Shown: positions 9,343 through 17,290, counted from the first letter of the stretch. The stretch is 20,000 nt of DNA from an uncultured virus (IMG/VR IMGVR_UViG_3300042270_000151) (IMGVR_UViG_3300042270_000151:112192-132191); one strand, 5' to 3'. Numbers and translations are program-made. Notes: generated from the sequence alone by a model not told the origin.

Positions 9343-9844
9343 AGTCATTGTAGTCGAAGGGGCCATTGAACGTAAAATGGGACGTAAGGTTATAGAAGCC
9401 TTAAGGGACCTAGAGTCGACCGTAGTCGCCCCTATTGTGATGTTGATTAATAGTCCGGGTGGCGACGTTGCAGTGGCACGCTCCATTGTCGATACGATGG
9501 AGGCGATCGAGTCTCCGGTCTATACACTTTCGATCGGTCTAGCCGCTTCAGCCGGCGCACTCTTACTGTGTTCAGGTCAACCGGGTAAGCGATACGCCAC
9601 CGTGAATACTGAGATCATGATACATCAGCCCAGAGGTACCAGCGCTATAATGGCGCCTCGCCTGGAGTACATGAACTATATTAAGGATACCTTATCCAAG
9701 CACATCGCCGATCGATGCAATCGCAGTGAGTCTGAAATTGCAGCATACTGTGAGACTGACTATTACCTAACCGCAGAAGAAGCACTGGCGTTGGGACTAA
9801 TCGATGAAGTTGTGCAACATAATTATCAGCTTGAGGATTATTGA
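9335..9844 (+). CDS. clpP: ClpP-family serine protease (S14) with an intact triad
   Basis: INSPGG, GLAASAG (Ser), IMIHQP (His), ETDYYLTAEEALALGLID (Asp). The ATG at 9335 has a GGAGG RBS and overlaps the upstream gene by 8 nt. Confidence 0.93.
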   Translation: MARVIVVEGAIERKMGRKVIEALRDLESTVVAPIVMLINSPGGDVAVARSIVDTMEAIESPVYTLSIGLAASAGALLLCSGQPGKRYATVNTEIMIHQPRGTSAIMAPRLEYMNYIKDTLSKHIADRCNRSESEIAAYCETDYYLTAEEALALGLIDEVVQHNYQLEDY

Positions 9845-10455
9845 TGTCATTGAAATGGATGGTGTGCGGTAATGCGCGGCATGGGAAGGACACCGTCTCC
9901 CTGTACCTCACCGTAGTCTACGGACTGCAATACGAGTCCTCCTCCTTATTTGTATGTCGGCGGTTTATCTTTGACAGACTTGCCCCCCTCTATGGATATA
10001 CCACTGTAGAGGAATGCTACGCGGATCGAGGTAACCACCGTAAGGAGTGGTTTGACCTGATCGTCGAGTACAATGGGGAGCACCTAGACCGTGTCTCCAG
10101 AGAGATTTTCGAAGAGCACGATATTTACTGTGGTCTTCGAAACATAGATGAGCTGAACGCCTCTAAGGCTAATAAAGCTCATGACTTTGAAATATGGGTA
10201 GATGCCAGTAAACGTAAGCCATTGGAACCGGCCTCCTCCCTAACGATTACGGCGGATGACTGTACCCATTACGTTGACAATAACGGTACGTTAGTAGAGT
10301 TGTTTGAGAACGTGGATGACCTGATGCAAACCGTGGGCACCCATCCAGTTCCCTTTAGCGATTTCAATGTACATGCTATCGAAGTACACCTTCCAGATCC
10401 ACTGGAACGCGCCTACTTTACACGGGCGCTGTTAGACCACCTTGAGCTTGCATAA
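9844..10455 (+). CDS. P-loop kinase, deoxynucleoside monophosphate kinase-like
   Basis: N-terminal GNARHGKDT P-loop; GLRNIDE; C-terminal VDNNGTL typical of phage dNMP kinases. TGATG stop/start overlap with clpP. Confidence 0.75.
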   Translation: MSLKWMVCGNARHGKDTVSLYLTVVYGLQYESSSLFVCRRFIFDRLAPLYGYTTVEECYADRGNHRKEWFDLIVEYNGEHLDRVSREIFEEHDIYCGLRNIDELNASKANKAHDFEIWVDASKRKPLEPASSLTITADDCTHYVDNNGTLVELFENVDDLMQTVGTHPVPFSDFNVHAIEVHLPDPLERAYFTRALLDHLELA

Positions 10456-10457
10456 AC

Positions 10458-10492
10458 TATACTCCCAGAGCCCTAAAGGCTCTGGGAGTATA
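10458..10492. terminator. Bidirectional terminator-like hairpin between convergent operons
   Basis: Perfect 15-bp inverted repeat TATACTCCCAGAGCC-CTAAA-GGCTCTGGGAGTATA filling the intergenic gap. Confidence 0.85.
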
Positions 10493-11062
10493 TTAACTGT
10501 TATTTATTTCTGTCATTAACTCATCCGCTAACTCACCCTCAAGGTGATTAGAGGCGGAGCATGCATTGGTTACCAGCCGATAGGTCTCCACTGGTAAACT
10601 GAGTATGGCATCTAAACCCATGCCAGTTTTCTGTGGGACCTTTAATCGAATCAACCGCCGTATTTCATTCGCATATAGCGAGTACGGAATGGTTTGACTG
10701 GCTGAGGTATGTCGCACCAAAGGCGTAGCGACGTCGTAGACGACGGTGGAGTGGTCGTGGATACCTAAAATTGTTTCATATTGTTCCGCCATTAATAGCT
10801 GGAGTACAATATTGCTCTTAGGCGTCTTTAGCTCCAGTAATGCCTCTGACAGTGCGGTGCTTTGTTTCTTGGATAAGCCAAAATCTGCAAACAAAGTTGA
10901 ATGGGGTGTGGGTCGCTTAAACAGTGCGGTATTCGTGGTTTCTTTCACCACGGTATGACAATGGGGACAGACACGTCCTTTCATGTTGTCCCCATTGCTC
11001 TTCCCGCACAGACAGCTGATTATGGGTTGGTTGAGATAGTGGCCTCGTGTTCCCATTTCCAC
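10493..11062 (-). CDS. Hypothetical protein with an N-terminal CxC-x12-CxxC zinc ribbon; possibly the -1 frameshift extension of the upstream gene
   Basis: 189-aa ORF overlapping the upstream gene in its -1 frame; SCLCGK...GRVCPHC. Start is uncertain. Confidence 0.75.
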   Translation of the reverse strand: MEMGTRGHYLNQPIISCLCGKSNGDNMKGRVCPHCHTVVKETTNTALFKRPTPHSTLFADFGLSKKQSTALSEALLELKTPKSNIVLQLLMAEQYETILGIHDHSTVVYDVATPLVRHTSASQTIPYSLYANEIRRLIRLKVPQKTGMGLDAILSLPVETYRLVTNACSASNHLEGELADELMTEINNS

Positions 11063-12636
11063 ACCATGATGGTAAAAAAATACGCCACCATGTCCATTGG
11101 AATCAGCCCATGTTCTGCTTCAGCCGGATCCAACTGCGGTTCATTACAGGATGGGCATACATAGTTCGGTATACCTGTAAAGGTCACCTGTGCTTCCACC
11201 CGGTGACGGTCAACCGCTTCGATGATGTTCCTCGCTAACGCCTTGTCTTCAGCCAACGTCTCCAATGAGCTGAACAAGGTATCAGTATCTGAAACAATGC
11301 GTGGTTCATCTTCACCCGGCACATGCATCTGGAGGTTCTTTATCCACGCAGCATGCTTTTGCAGACGCAGTGCGTGCTGGTAGTTGCGGATAAAGCTAAT
11401 GCGCTTGGTGCGACGAGTTTCACGGTCCGCATCCGTAATGCGATCCATCGCGGCATTGACCATTTCCATTACCCCGTTAATCCACAGTCGACCTACACGC
11501 TCATAGGTTTCCAGGTTGGGCTGGTGGAAGGCAATTTTTACGATGGCCCCACTGTCAGACAAAGGTGCACTCAAAGGCTCCAAGGTGTTAAATTCATCTT
11601 GATATTCTTCGATCTGCTCGACAGTATGTACATTGTTACCGGCTGACATAAACCGACGCGCCTTCGGACTAACTCGGGTGCGATCCGTCCAGACCACCTT
11701 TTTAAAGTCCAGCAGACTGTCGACTTTAAACTCAATACCGTCAATATCGACTTCCAGGGTAGGATTGTAGTCACACTTACTAGTGCCACTGTTCTTACAC
11801 TTATGGACTGTTGGGTAGCCTGAGGGGTAAATAGATGCCAGAGCACCCGCCAACAGTGCAGGAATATCCATGACCTTCAGCAGTTTCTTCAGAACCGCCT
11901 TATCCCCGACCATCCAGCCACGTATGTTGGTGGCAATAACGTGATCGAGGATGAAGTCCACCACCTCAGAGATGATGTTCACATCCCCACCTGAAAACAA
12001 CATGCCGCCGGTTTCATACCCGATCTCAGCGCGGGTCTCTGTCAAGGCTAGGTTCAGTGAGAGAATCTCTGAGGTCTTAAAGTTACCTAGGGTTAGTACC
12101 AGACCTGACGACCAGCAGGGTACCTTAGTTGGCTTACCAATACCCAGTGCATTCTGAATCGCCATAATGGCAGAGGGCCCGGACATAGCCTGACTGCTAC
12201 CTAGTGCAACGTTCTGACCACCGATACGGATAGGACCTTTATCAGAATCAATCGCCTGTACAAACTCAGCTCCTTCACGGGTGAAGAGGTCGGCGTACTG
12301 TCCATGCCGCCAATGTCCAAGATAGGTCTGGCGAAGGTGGTCCGCATAAGCCTGTACCGCAGAGCGTGCTGCGGATTCAGACATGTTCGCCTCGGCTTCC
12401 AGCGCATAGTCACGAATCAGACGATCGAGGGTCTCAACGGTTGTTGTTTCCATGGGTACTGGGAACACCCAATCGCGTACTCGAATACCCGGTTCTGCTG
12501 AAAGGTCTTTGAAGGGGTTAGCCTCCAGGATAACGGTAGGTTTATGGGTTGCTGTACTGGACTCTTCACCAACCACAGCGTCTTGAGTAGGAGTCTCTTC
12601 GGTGCCGTTGAATGGATTCTGTTCTTCAGTGCTCAT
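11020..12636 (-). CDS. Large hypothetical protein (phiKZ gp77 position) with a C-terminal CPSC; possible tail/baseplate assembly chaperone
   Basis: ~538 aa from the ATG at 12636 (AAGGA upstream; overlaps the previous stop). Cys clusters HKCKN...SKC and VCPSC. The function is an inference. Confidence 0.8.
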   Translation of the reverse strand: MSTEEQNPFNGTEETPTQDAVVGEESSTATHKPTVILEANPFKDLSAEPGIRVRDWVFPVPMETTTVETLDRLIRDYALEAEANMSESAARSAVQAYADHLRQTYLGHWRHGQYADLFTREGAEFVQAIDSDKGPIRIGGQNVALGSSQAMSGPSAIMAIQNALGIGKPTKVPCWSSGLVLTLGNFKTSEILSLNLALTETRAEIGYETGGMLFSGGDVNIISEVVDFILDHVIATNIRGWMVGDKAVLKKLLKVMDIPALLAGALASIYPSGYPTVHKCKNSGTSKCDYNPTLEVDIDGIEFKVDSLLDFKKVVWTDRTRVSPKARRFMSAGNNVHTVEQIEEYQDEFNTLEPLSAPLSDSGAIVKIAFHQPNLETYERVGRLWINGVMEMVNAAMDRITDADRETRRTKRISFIRNYQHALRLQKHAAWIKNLQMHVPGEDEPRIVSDTDTLFSSLETLAEDKALARNIIEAVDRHRVEAQVTFTGIPNYVCPSCNEPQLDPAEAEHGLIPMDMVAYFFTIMVWKWEHEATISTNP

Positions 12637-13021
12637 CGTTGATAATTCCTTGTACATCAATGTTCAGTCCTGCATCGGGTACAGCCCGTGCGGTAAAGGC
12701 ATTCGCCATCGGTACAATTTCATCAAAGAGACGATCTTTGACGTCTGAAATCTCGACAAACGATTTCAGGTACAGCGGATGATCGTCATCAGATACATAG
12801 GTCATGCCCTTGGGCACCTGTGCCAGTGTCTCGGTAAGCGTCTCCCTGACCTCAGTGAGTGCTTGTGCTAGCTCATCATCATACTGCGTTTTATCCTGCT
12901 GCACCACGGCTACCATACCTGCAGCGATGTGACGAACAATGTCATCACAGCATTTCGCTAGCTCTAAGATACTGCTCCACTCTGCCAGCGGCATTGCGTC
13001 TTGGGGGGTGTGCTGTTCCAT
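12626..13021 (-). CDS. Hypothetical helical protein (131 aa)
   Basis: ATG at 13021 preceded by GGAG. The longer 13162 start in the track runs through intergenic AT-rich DNA. Confidence 0.8.
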   Translation of the reverse strand: MEQHTPQDAMPLAEWSSILELAKCCDDIVRHIAAGMVAVVQQDKTQYDDELAQALTEVRETLTETLAQVPKGMTYVSDDDHPLYLKSFVEISDVKDRLFDEIVPMANAFTARAVPDAGLNIDVQGIINDEH

Positions 13022-13256
13022 TGTATTTCTCCGTAAACTGCTATTCTTGCTAGAGCATATACTAGGGTTATAATTTTTCACGTATAATTCCTTTAGGGTG
13101 GTTAAAATGATTTTATTTCTGAAATCGAGGGTCAATGTTTCCGGGGGTGTGCCTGTGGGCAAACCTCGATGGGACGGGGGTTTTTGGCAAGGTCGGAATT
13201 ACGGAAAAAGTAGTATATATAACCAACACACTGCACCCCTCTAACTGTGGGGTGAA

Positions 13257-13264
13257 ATGGTATG
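13257..13264 (+). promoter_or_regulatory. Candidate late-type promoter ATGGTATG
   Basis: TATG, the phiKZ late consensus, lies ~30 nt upstream of the operon that carries the virion RNAP subunit. The motif is short, so support is weak. Confidence 0.35.
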
Positions 13265-13290
13265 TTCCCAGTCTATAGGAGAGACGTATA

Positions 13291-14094
13291 ATGGATACGT
13301 TATTTGATCGCATTTCCAGTTTTATACCCTTAGAGCATCTCAGTGTATTTATACAGACAGAGCAGTTACTGCAGGGGGTAGGCTATACCGACCATGAACT
13401 CGACCTAGAAGAAGCCGATGTAGGGTTAGAGGAAAGTAACGACATTATCGCCAGCATTAATTACCGCTACAGCGAGCACCTAGAGCGTTACCTCAGTGGA
13501 TTAGGGGTATGGCTCAATGCAGAGGAGTCTCACCGCTTGGATCACCTCATTCAATTAGCCGAAGCCTGCACTGTCCTTACAGACCCCCTCTTGGTGGATG
13601 TTAGCCTAGCACTCGACCCTGAAGCAGTGGATGCAAATGAGCGACTCATTTCGGCGCTGGTACATATAAATGACCTTAGTATCCATCAGCTCAGATCCTT
13701 AATCGGATTCACAGATGGTCGTCTGTTAGATGCCTATACGGGCATAGAGCGTATTGAGCCGTACGTCAATGAAGGGGAGGAAGCAGAGGCACGGTTAAAA
13801 CACGCGATCACATCCGAAGAAACCGGACCAGCCTTAGACTTTATCCGCACCCGTGGCCGACTACCTATTCATTTTAAGGCCTCAGCCCGTGCCCTCTACG
13901 TCACTCTGAATGATCTTACCCCTAAAGAGGCTATACGGCAGTGGTACTTACTGGCCCTCGCCTCTGAACACCCCACTGAGGCCTTAGAAGACATCCTCAG
14001 TCAGGCTATCGAGCAATATGTGGAACCCGAACTCCACCCCGTATTCTACCGTGAACTTACCCTTCAGTTAGGTACTCGCCATGACCCTGTTTGA
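13291..14094 (+). CDS. Acidic hypothetical protein (phiKZ gp79 position, possibly virion-associated)
   Basis: 267-aa ORF with AGGAG RBS; overlaps the start of the vRNAP subunit gene. Confidence 0.8.
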   Translation: MDTLFDRISSFIPLEHLSVFIQTEQLLQGVGYTDHELDLEEADVGLEESNDIIASINYRYSEHLERYLSGLGVWLNAEESHRLDHLIQLAEACTVLTDPLLVDVSLALDPEAVDANERLISALVHINDLSIHQLRSLIGFTDGRLLDAYTGIERIEPYVNEGEEAEARLKHAITSEETGPALDFIRTRGRLPIHFKASARALYVTLNDLTPKEAIRQWYLLALASEHPTEALEDILSQAIEQYVEPELHPVFYRELTLQLGTRHDPV

Positions 14095-15343
14095 GTATTT
14101 TGTACTGGCATACCGCCACCGCTTTATTTACAAGCGCCATTGGCTCCTCAGGGCCTTTGCCATTGTAGGTGAAACCCCTTTAAATAAACACCGAGAAATC
14201 GGCGACTTCTACATCGCAGACGGTGCAGCTTATACAGTAAACGAGGACGGGGACGCCACCATCATTGATGGCTATATCCAAGGCTCGCCCCTGTTTAACT
14301 ACAGGGAACCTATTACGGTGCCTCCAGGTATCTTCCCGATTGTTAAGGAATCTGTAGAGACCTACTACTCTACTCTGCTTACAAACCTTATCGTTTTCGA
14401 ATACGCGTTTACCGATGCGATTCCGTATCAGAACCAACGCTTAAACGGTAAATATATCGATAAGCTGGTCGCTAAGGCCCTAACCGAGAAGACCGTTACC
14501 GTAGAACAGTATCGTGCCTTTACTCGAGCCATCTCGATGATGACGGCCCTAGCGAATGCCGTGGTACCCTCTGCTACCCGTAAGGCCATTATCCCACCCA
14601 GCGATATGGCCGAACGGCGACAAGCGGTACTCGAGAAGTATAAGGGTCAACTTCATGACCCTGCTATCATTGCCAAGGTAGAAGCCGAACTCGTAGACTA
14701 CTACCGCACATATCTGGAAGGCGATGACATTAATGAGTTCATGCTTAAGCCTAAGGATATGGAGGTATCCCTAAAGCGCACCCACATTATGTTCGGGGGT
14801 GAGCCTACACTGGAGGATCCCTCTAAGTATGAGCTGGCCATTCCATCACTGCGTGAAGGGTGGGATATGAAACATCTCCCCATGATGGTCAACTCACTAC
14901 GTATGGGTTCCTATAACCGTGGTGCCTCTACCGCACTGGGGGGTGAAGCGGCTAAGTTCTCAGCCCGTATCTTCCAGAACACGAAATTGGTTGAAGACGA
15001 CTGTGGGTCTACTGTGGGCATCACCTTCCCGGTTACGGAATACAACAAAGATAAGTTTGTAGGACGTTACCGATTTAAAGGTAAAGATCTTATCCCGATA
15101 GAGGCGGGCGAACTCGACAACCTGGTGGGTAAAACCATTACTATCCGTAGCCCTATGACCTGCCATACTGACCATGGTAACTTCTGTGGTGTCTGTATGG
15201 GTAAGCTTGTAACCGACTCCAAAATCGGACTAGGTCCACAAGCCTCTGCCGTAGGTAGCGCTATACTCCAATCCTTCCTAGCTATGATGCACGGCAATAG
15301 ACTAGAGACTCGTAAGTATGACTATCTGAATTCATTGACTTAA
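14081..15343 (+). CDS. rpoC: Virion RNA polymerase beta' subunit fragment (phiKZ gp80-like)
   Basis: RMGSYNRGASTALGG (bridge helix), EDDCGST, IRSPMTC...NFCGVCMG Zn site, FLAMMHG trigger loop. This is a second beta' C-part, paralogous to 4273..6228. Confidence 0.9.
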   Translation: MTLFEYFVLAYRHRFIYKRHWLLRAFAIVGETPLNKHREIGDFYIADGAAYTVNEDGDATIIDGYIQGSPLFNYREPITVPPGIFPIVKESVETYYSTLLTNLIVFEYAFTDAIPYQNQRLNGKYIDKLVAKALTEKTVTVEQYRAFTRAISMMTALANAVVPSATRKAIIPPSDMAERRQAVLEKYKGQLHDPAIIAKVEAELVDYYRTYLEGDDINEFMLKPKDMEVSLKRTHIMFGGEPTLEDPSKYELAIPSLREGWDMKHLPMMVNSLRMGSYNRGASTALGGEAAKFSARIFQNTKLVEDDCGSTVGITFPVTEYNKDKFVGRYRFKGKDLIPIEAGELDNLVGKTITIRSPMTCHTDHGNFCGVCMGKLVTDSKIGLGPQASAVGSAILQSFLAMMHGNRLETRKYDYLNSLT

Positions 15344-15460
15344 ATCCAGATTAAAGTCTTTTTTCTCCGGGGGTAAGAGCACATTTCGAATTACTCGAGT
15401 AAAATTTCATTTGGATCGTATCCTATGGTAGAACTATAACTTAGGATTGAGGATTGTGAA

Positions 15461-17290
15461 ATGAGTAAAAAGTCGATTATACGGAATGGCTCCCCGGCAC
15501 CGGTAGAGGGGTACTATCAGTCAAAGGTATATCCGGAGGTGTATGTTTCTAAATCAGGGTCTATTATACGGAGAGATGATCACACTGAGCTACCTATTAG
15601 TGTGACGGATGGTCGGTACTATGTATTCACCTATGACGCTGACTACAAGAAGAAGCGGATGTGTTCTGTCGGTAAAATAGTCGCATCGACACTATTGCCT
15701 CAAGCGCCACATGAGGGGTCGATGGTAACGTACATTAATGGCGATACAGCGGACTACGGGTTAACTAATTTACGGTGGGGGGCTAACAACAAGTATGTCA
15801 ATAAACAGAACGTTACTTTAGTGCGACGGGATGTAGGATATGACGTTAACCGCCACCGCATTTTGGTTAGTCCCTCGCCAGAAGGCTATGAGGGATACCA
15901 GTGTGCGCAGAACCCATCTTTTCTAGCGGTTAGTCGGGATGGCAGTAAGATCGTTAACCTTAAGACAGGCAAGCTGTTGACACCAGTTAAAAATGGACAA
16001 CGGTTAAGGGTTACGTATTATGATTCGGAGTTAAAGCAGGGCAGGGCAATCGACGTACTTAGACTAGTGGCTGAAGCCTATGTGTTTAACGATGCACCAG
16101 AAACACATGTGTACGTACATCCCATTGATGGTAACCCCTTGAACGTCGTACCTGAGAATCTATATTGGTCGAAGTCCCCTAGGGCAAGTGAAGCCGATCG
16201 GCTAATGCAATTTCAACGAATGGCGGCTGCGGTAGGGGACGGTGAGAATGAGGGACTGGCTACGCCGCGTGAGATAATGTTTCACCAGTATAAGGAACCG
16301 GTAGAATCTAAAGACTATCCTGGGCATTACGTTTCGGATATGTATCCATGGGTAGTCGTCTCTTCAGATGGCAAGTCGGTCGTTGACATAAACACCGGAA
16401 AGGTAAAGGCACAATCTGTCATAAATGGCTATAAGACGGTCCATACCTTTAACTCTAGAACCGGCGCAAAGGGCACGGTAGGGGTACACCGCATTGTAGC
16501 CAGTGCGTTTAAACAACCTGACCATGAGGGTCAAACTCATGTTAACCACATTAACCTTATCCGAGACGATAACCGGTACGTCAACCTAGAGTGGGTTACG
16601 CAGGGCGAGAATATAGAGCACGCGCACTTCTATTCTCTAAGTAATGGTAACTTACGTCCTGTAAAGGCACTGGACATTCGCAACGGCAGTGTCTCCGTGT
16701 ACGAGAGTGCGTTAGAGTGCAGTCGTCAACTAGGGATTGATAAGTCTACACTCTGGGGTATGCTAGAGCGCCGAGAGCTTTATCCTTGGCAGAAGACTCA
16801 CATCTTTATATACCTGGATGAGCCTTGGCCTCGTATGGATTTGATTGTAAATCCTAAAGAGCTCGCTAAGAATAGAAGCCATAGGGTAGAGGCGTGGAAT
16901 GTAGTGGAGGACAAGGTTATTAGTGCAGAGGGACATACGGAGATTGCGAAGGAGTTAGGGATGAGTCGGGCGAGTATTCAGAGCTATTTGCGTCGAAAGA
17001 ATACCCACGTTATGAATGGCTACGTATTTCGATATACGGATAGTGGAGTAGAGTGGCCGAGTCGAGAGGAGGCATTAGCGTACATGCGTGAGAGTGATAC
17101 GCGTGCGGTTTTAGTGCATATGGAATCGGGTGAGGTGAGCGTCTATCCGACGAAGAAAGCAGCCGGTGAGGTAGTGGGGATGAATAAGACAGACGCGTCT
17201 AGATGGTTTAGGCGGGGTGAGTGTGTAGCGGGCTATAAGCCATACCCCTATACTGAGTATATGGAGAAACAGAATAATGCTGCCCTATGA
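15461..17290 (+). CDS. Free-standing HNH homing-endonuclease-like protein with three HNH-type modules and three C-terminal NUMOD1/IENR1-like HTH repeats
   Basis: Intact module VHRIVASAF...VNHINLIRDDNRYVNLEWVTQGENIEH, two degenerate upstream copies, and repeats such as VYESALECSRQLGI. GAGGA RBS. Confidence 0.85.
   Translation: MSKKSIIRNGSPAPVEGYYQSKVYPEVYVSKSGSIIRRDDHTELPISVTDGRYYVFTYDADYKKKRMCSVGKIVASTLLPQAPHEGSMVTYINGDTADYGLTNLRWGANNKYVNKQNVTLVRRDVGYDVNRHRILVSPSPEGYEGYQCAQNPSFLAVSRDGSKIVNLKTGKLLTPVKNGQRLRVTYYDSELKQGRAIDVLRLVAEAYVFNDAPETHVYVHPIDGNPLNVVPENLYWSKSPRASEADRLMQFQRMAAAVGDGENEGLATPREIMFHQYKEPVESKDYPGHYVSDMYPWVVVSSDGKSVVDINTGKVKAQSVINGYKTVHTFNSRTGAKGTVGVHRIVASAFKQPDHEGQTHVNHINLIRDDNRYVNLEWVTQGENIEHAHFYSLSNGNLRPVKALDIRNGSVSVYESALECSRQLGIDKSTLWGMLERRELYPWQKTHIFIYLDEPWPRMDLIVNPKELAKNRSHRVEAWNVVEDKVISAEGHTEIAKELGMSRASIQSYLRRKNTHVMNGYVFRYTDSGVEWPSREEALAYMRESDTRAVLVHMESGEVSVYPTKKAAGEVVGMNKTDASRWFRRGECVAGYKPYPYTEYMEKQNNAAL

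Noticed and set aside
9335..9844. ClpP as the prohead maturation protease
   Set aside because: No portal or capsid genes are adjacent, and phiKZ-like phages use a different head protease (gp175 type).
13022..13313. N-terminal extension of 12626..13162 and ORF 13113..13313
   Set aside because: They cross a divergent promoter region; the ATG at 13021 has the clear RBS.
15344..17290. HNH gene as part of a group I intron splitting the vRNAP gene
   Set aside because: The gp80-like ORF ends normally after the trigger-loop His, no downstream RNAP exon is visible, and I could not identify intron core elements.
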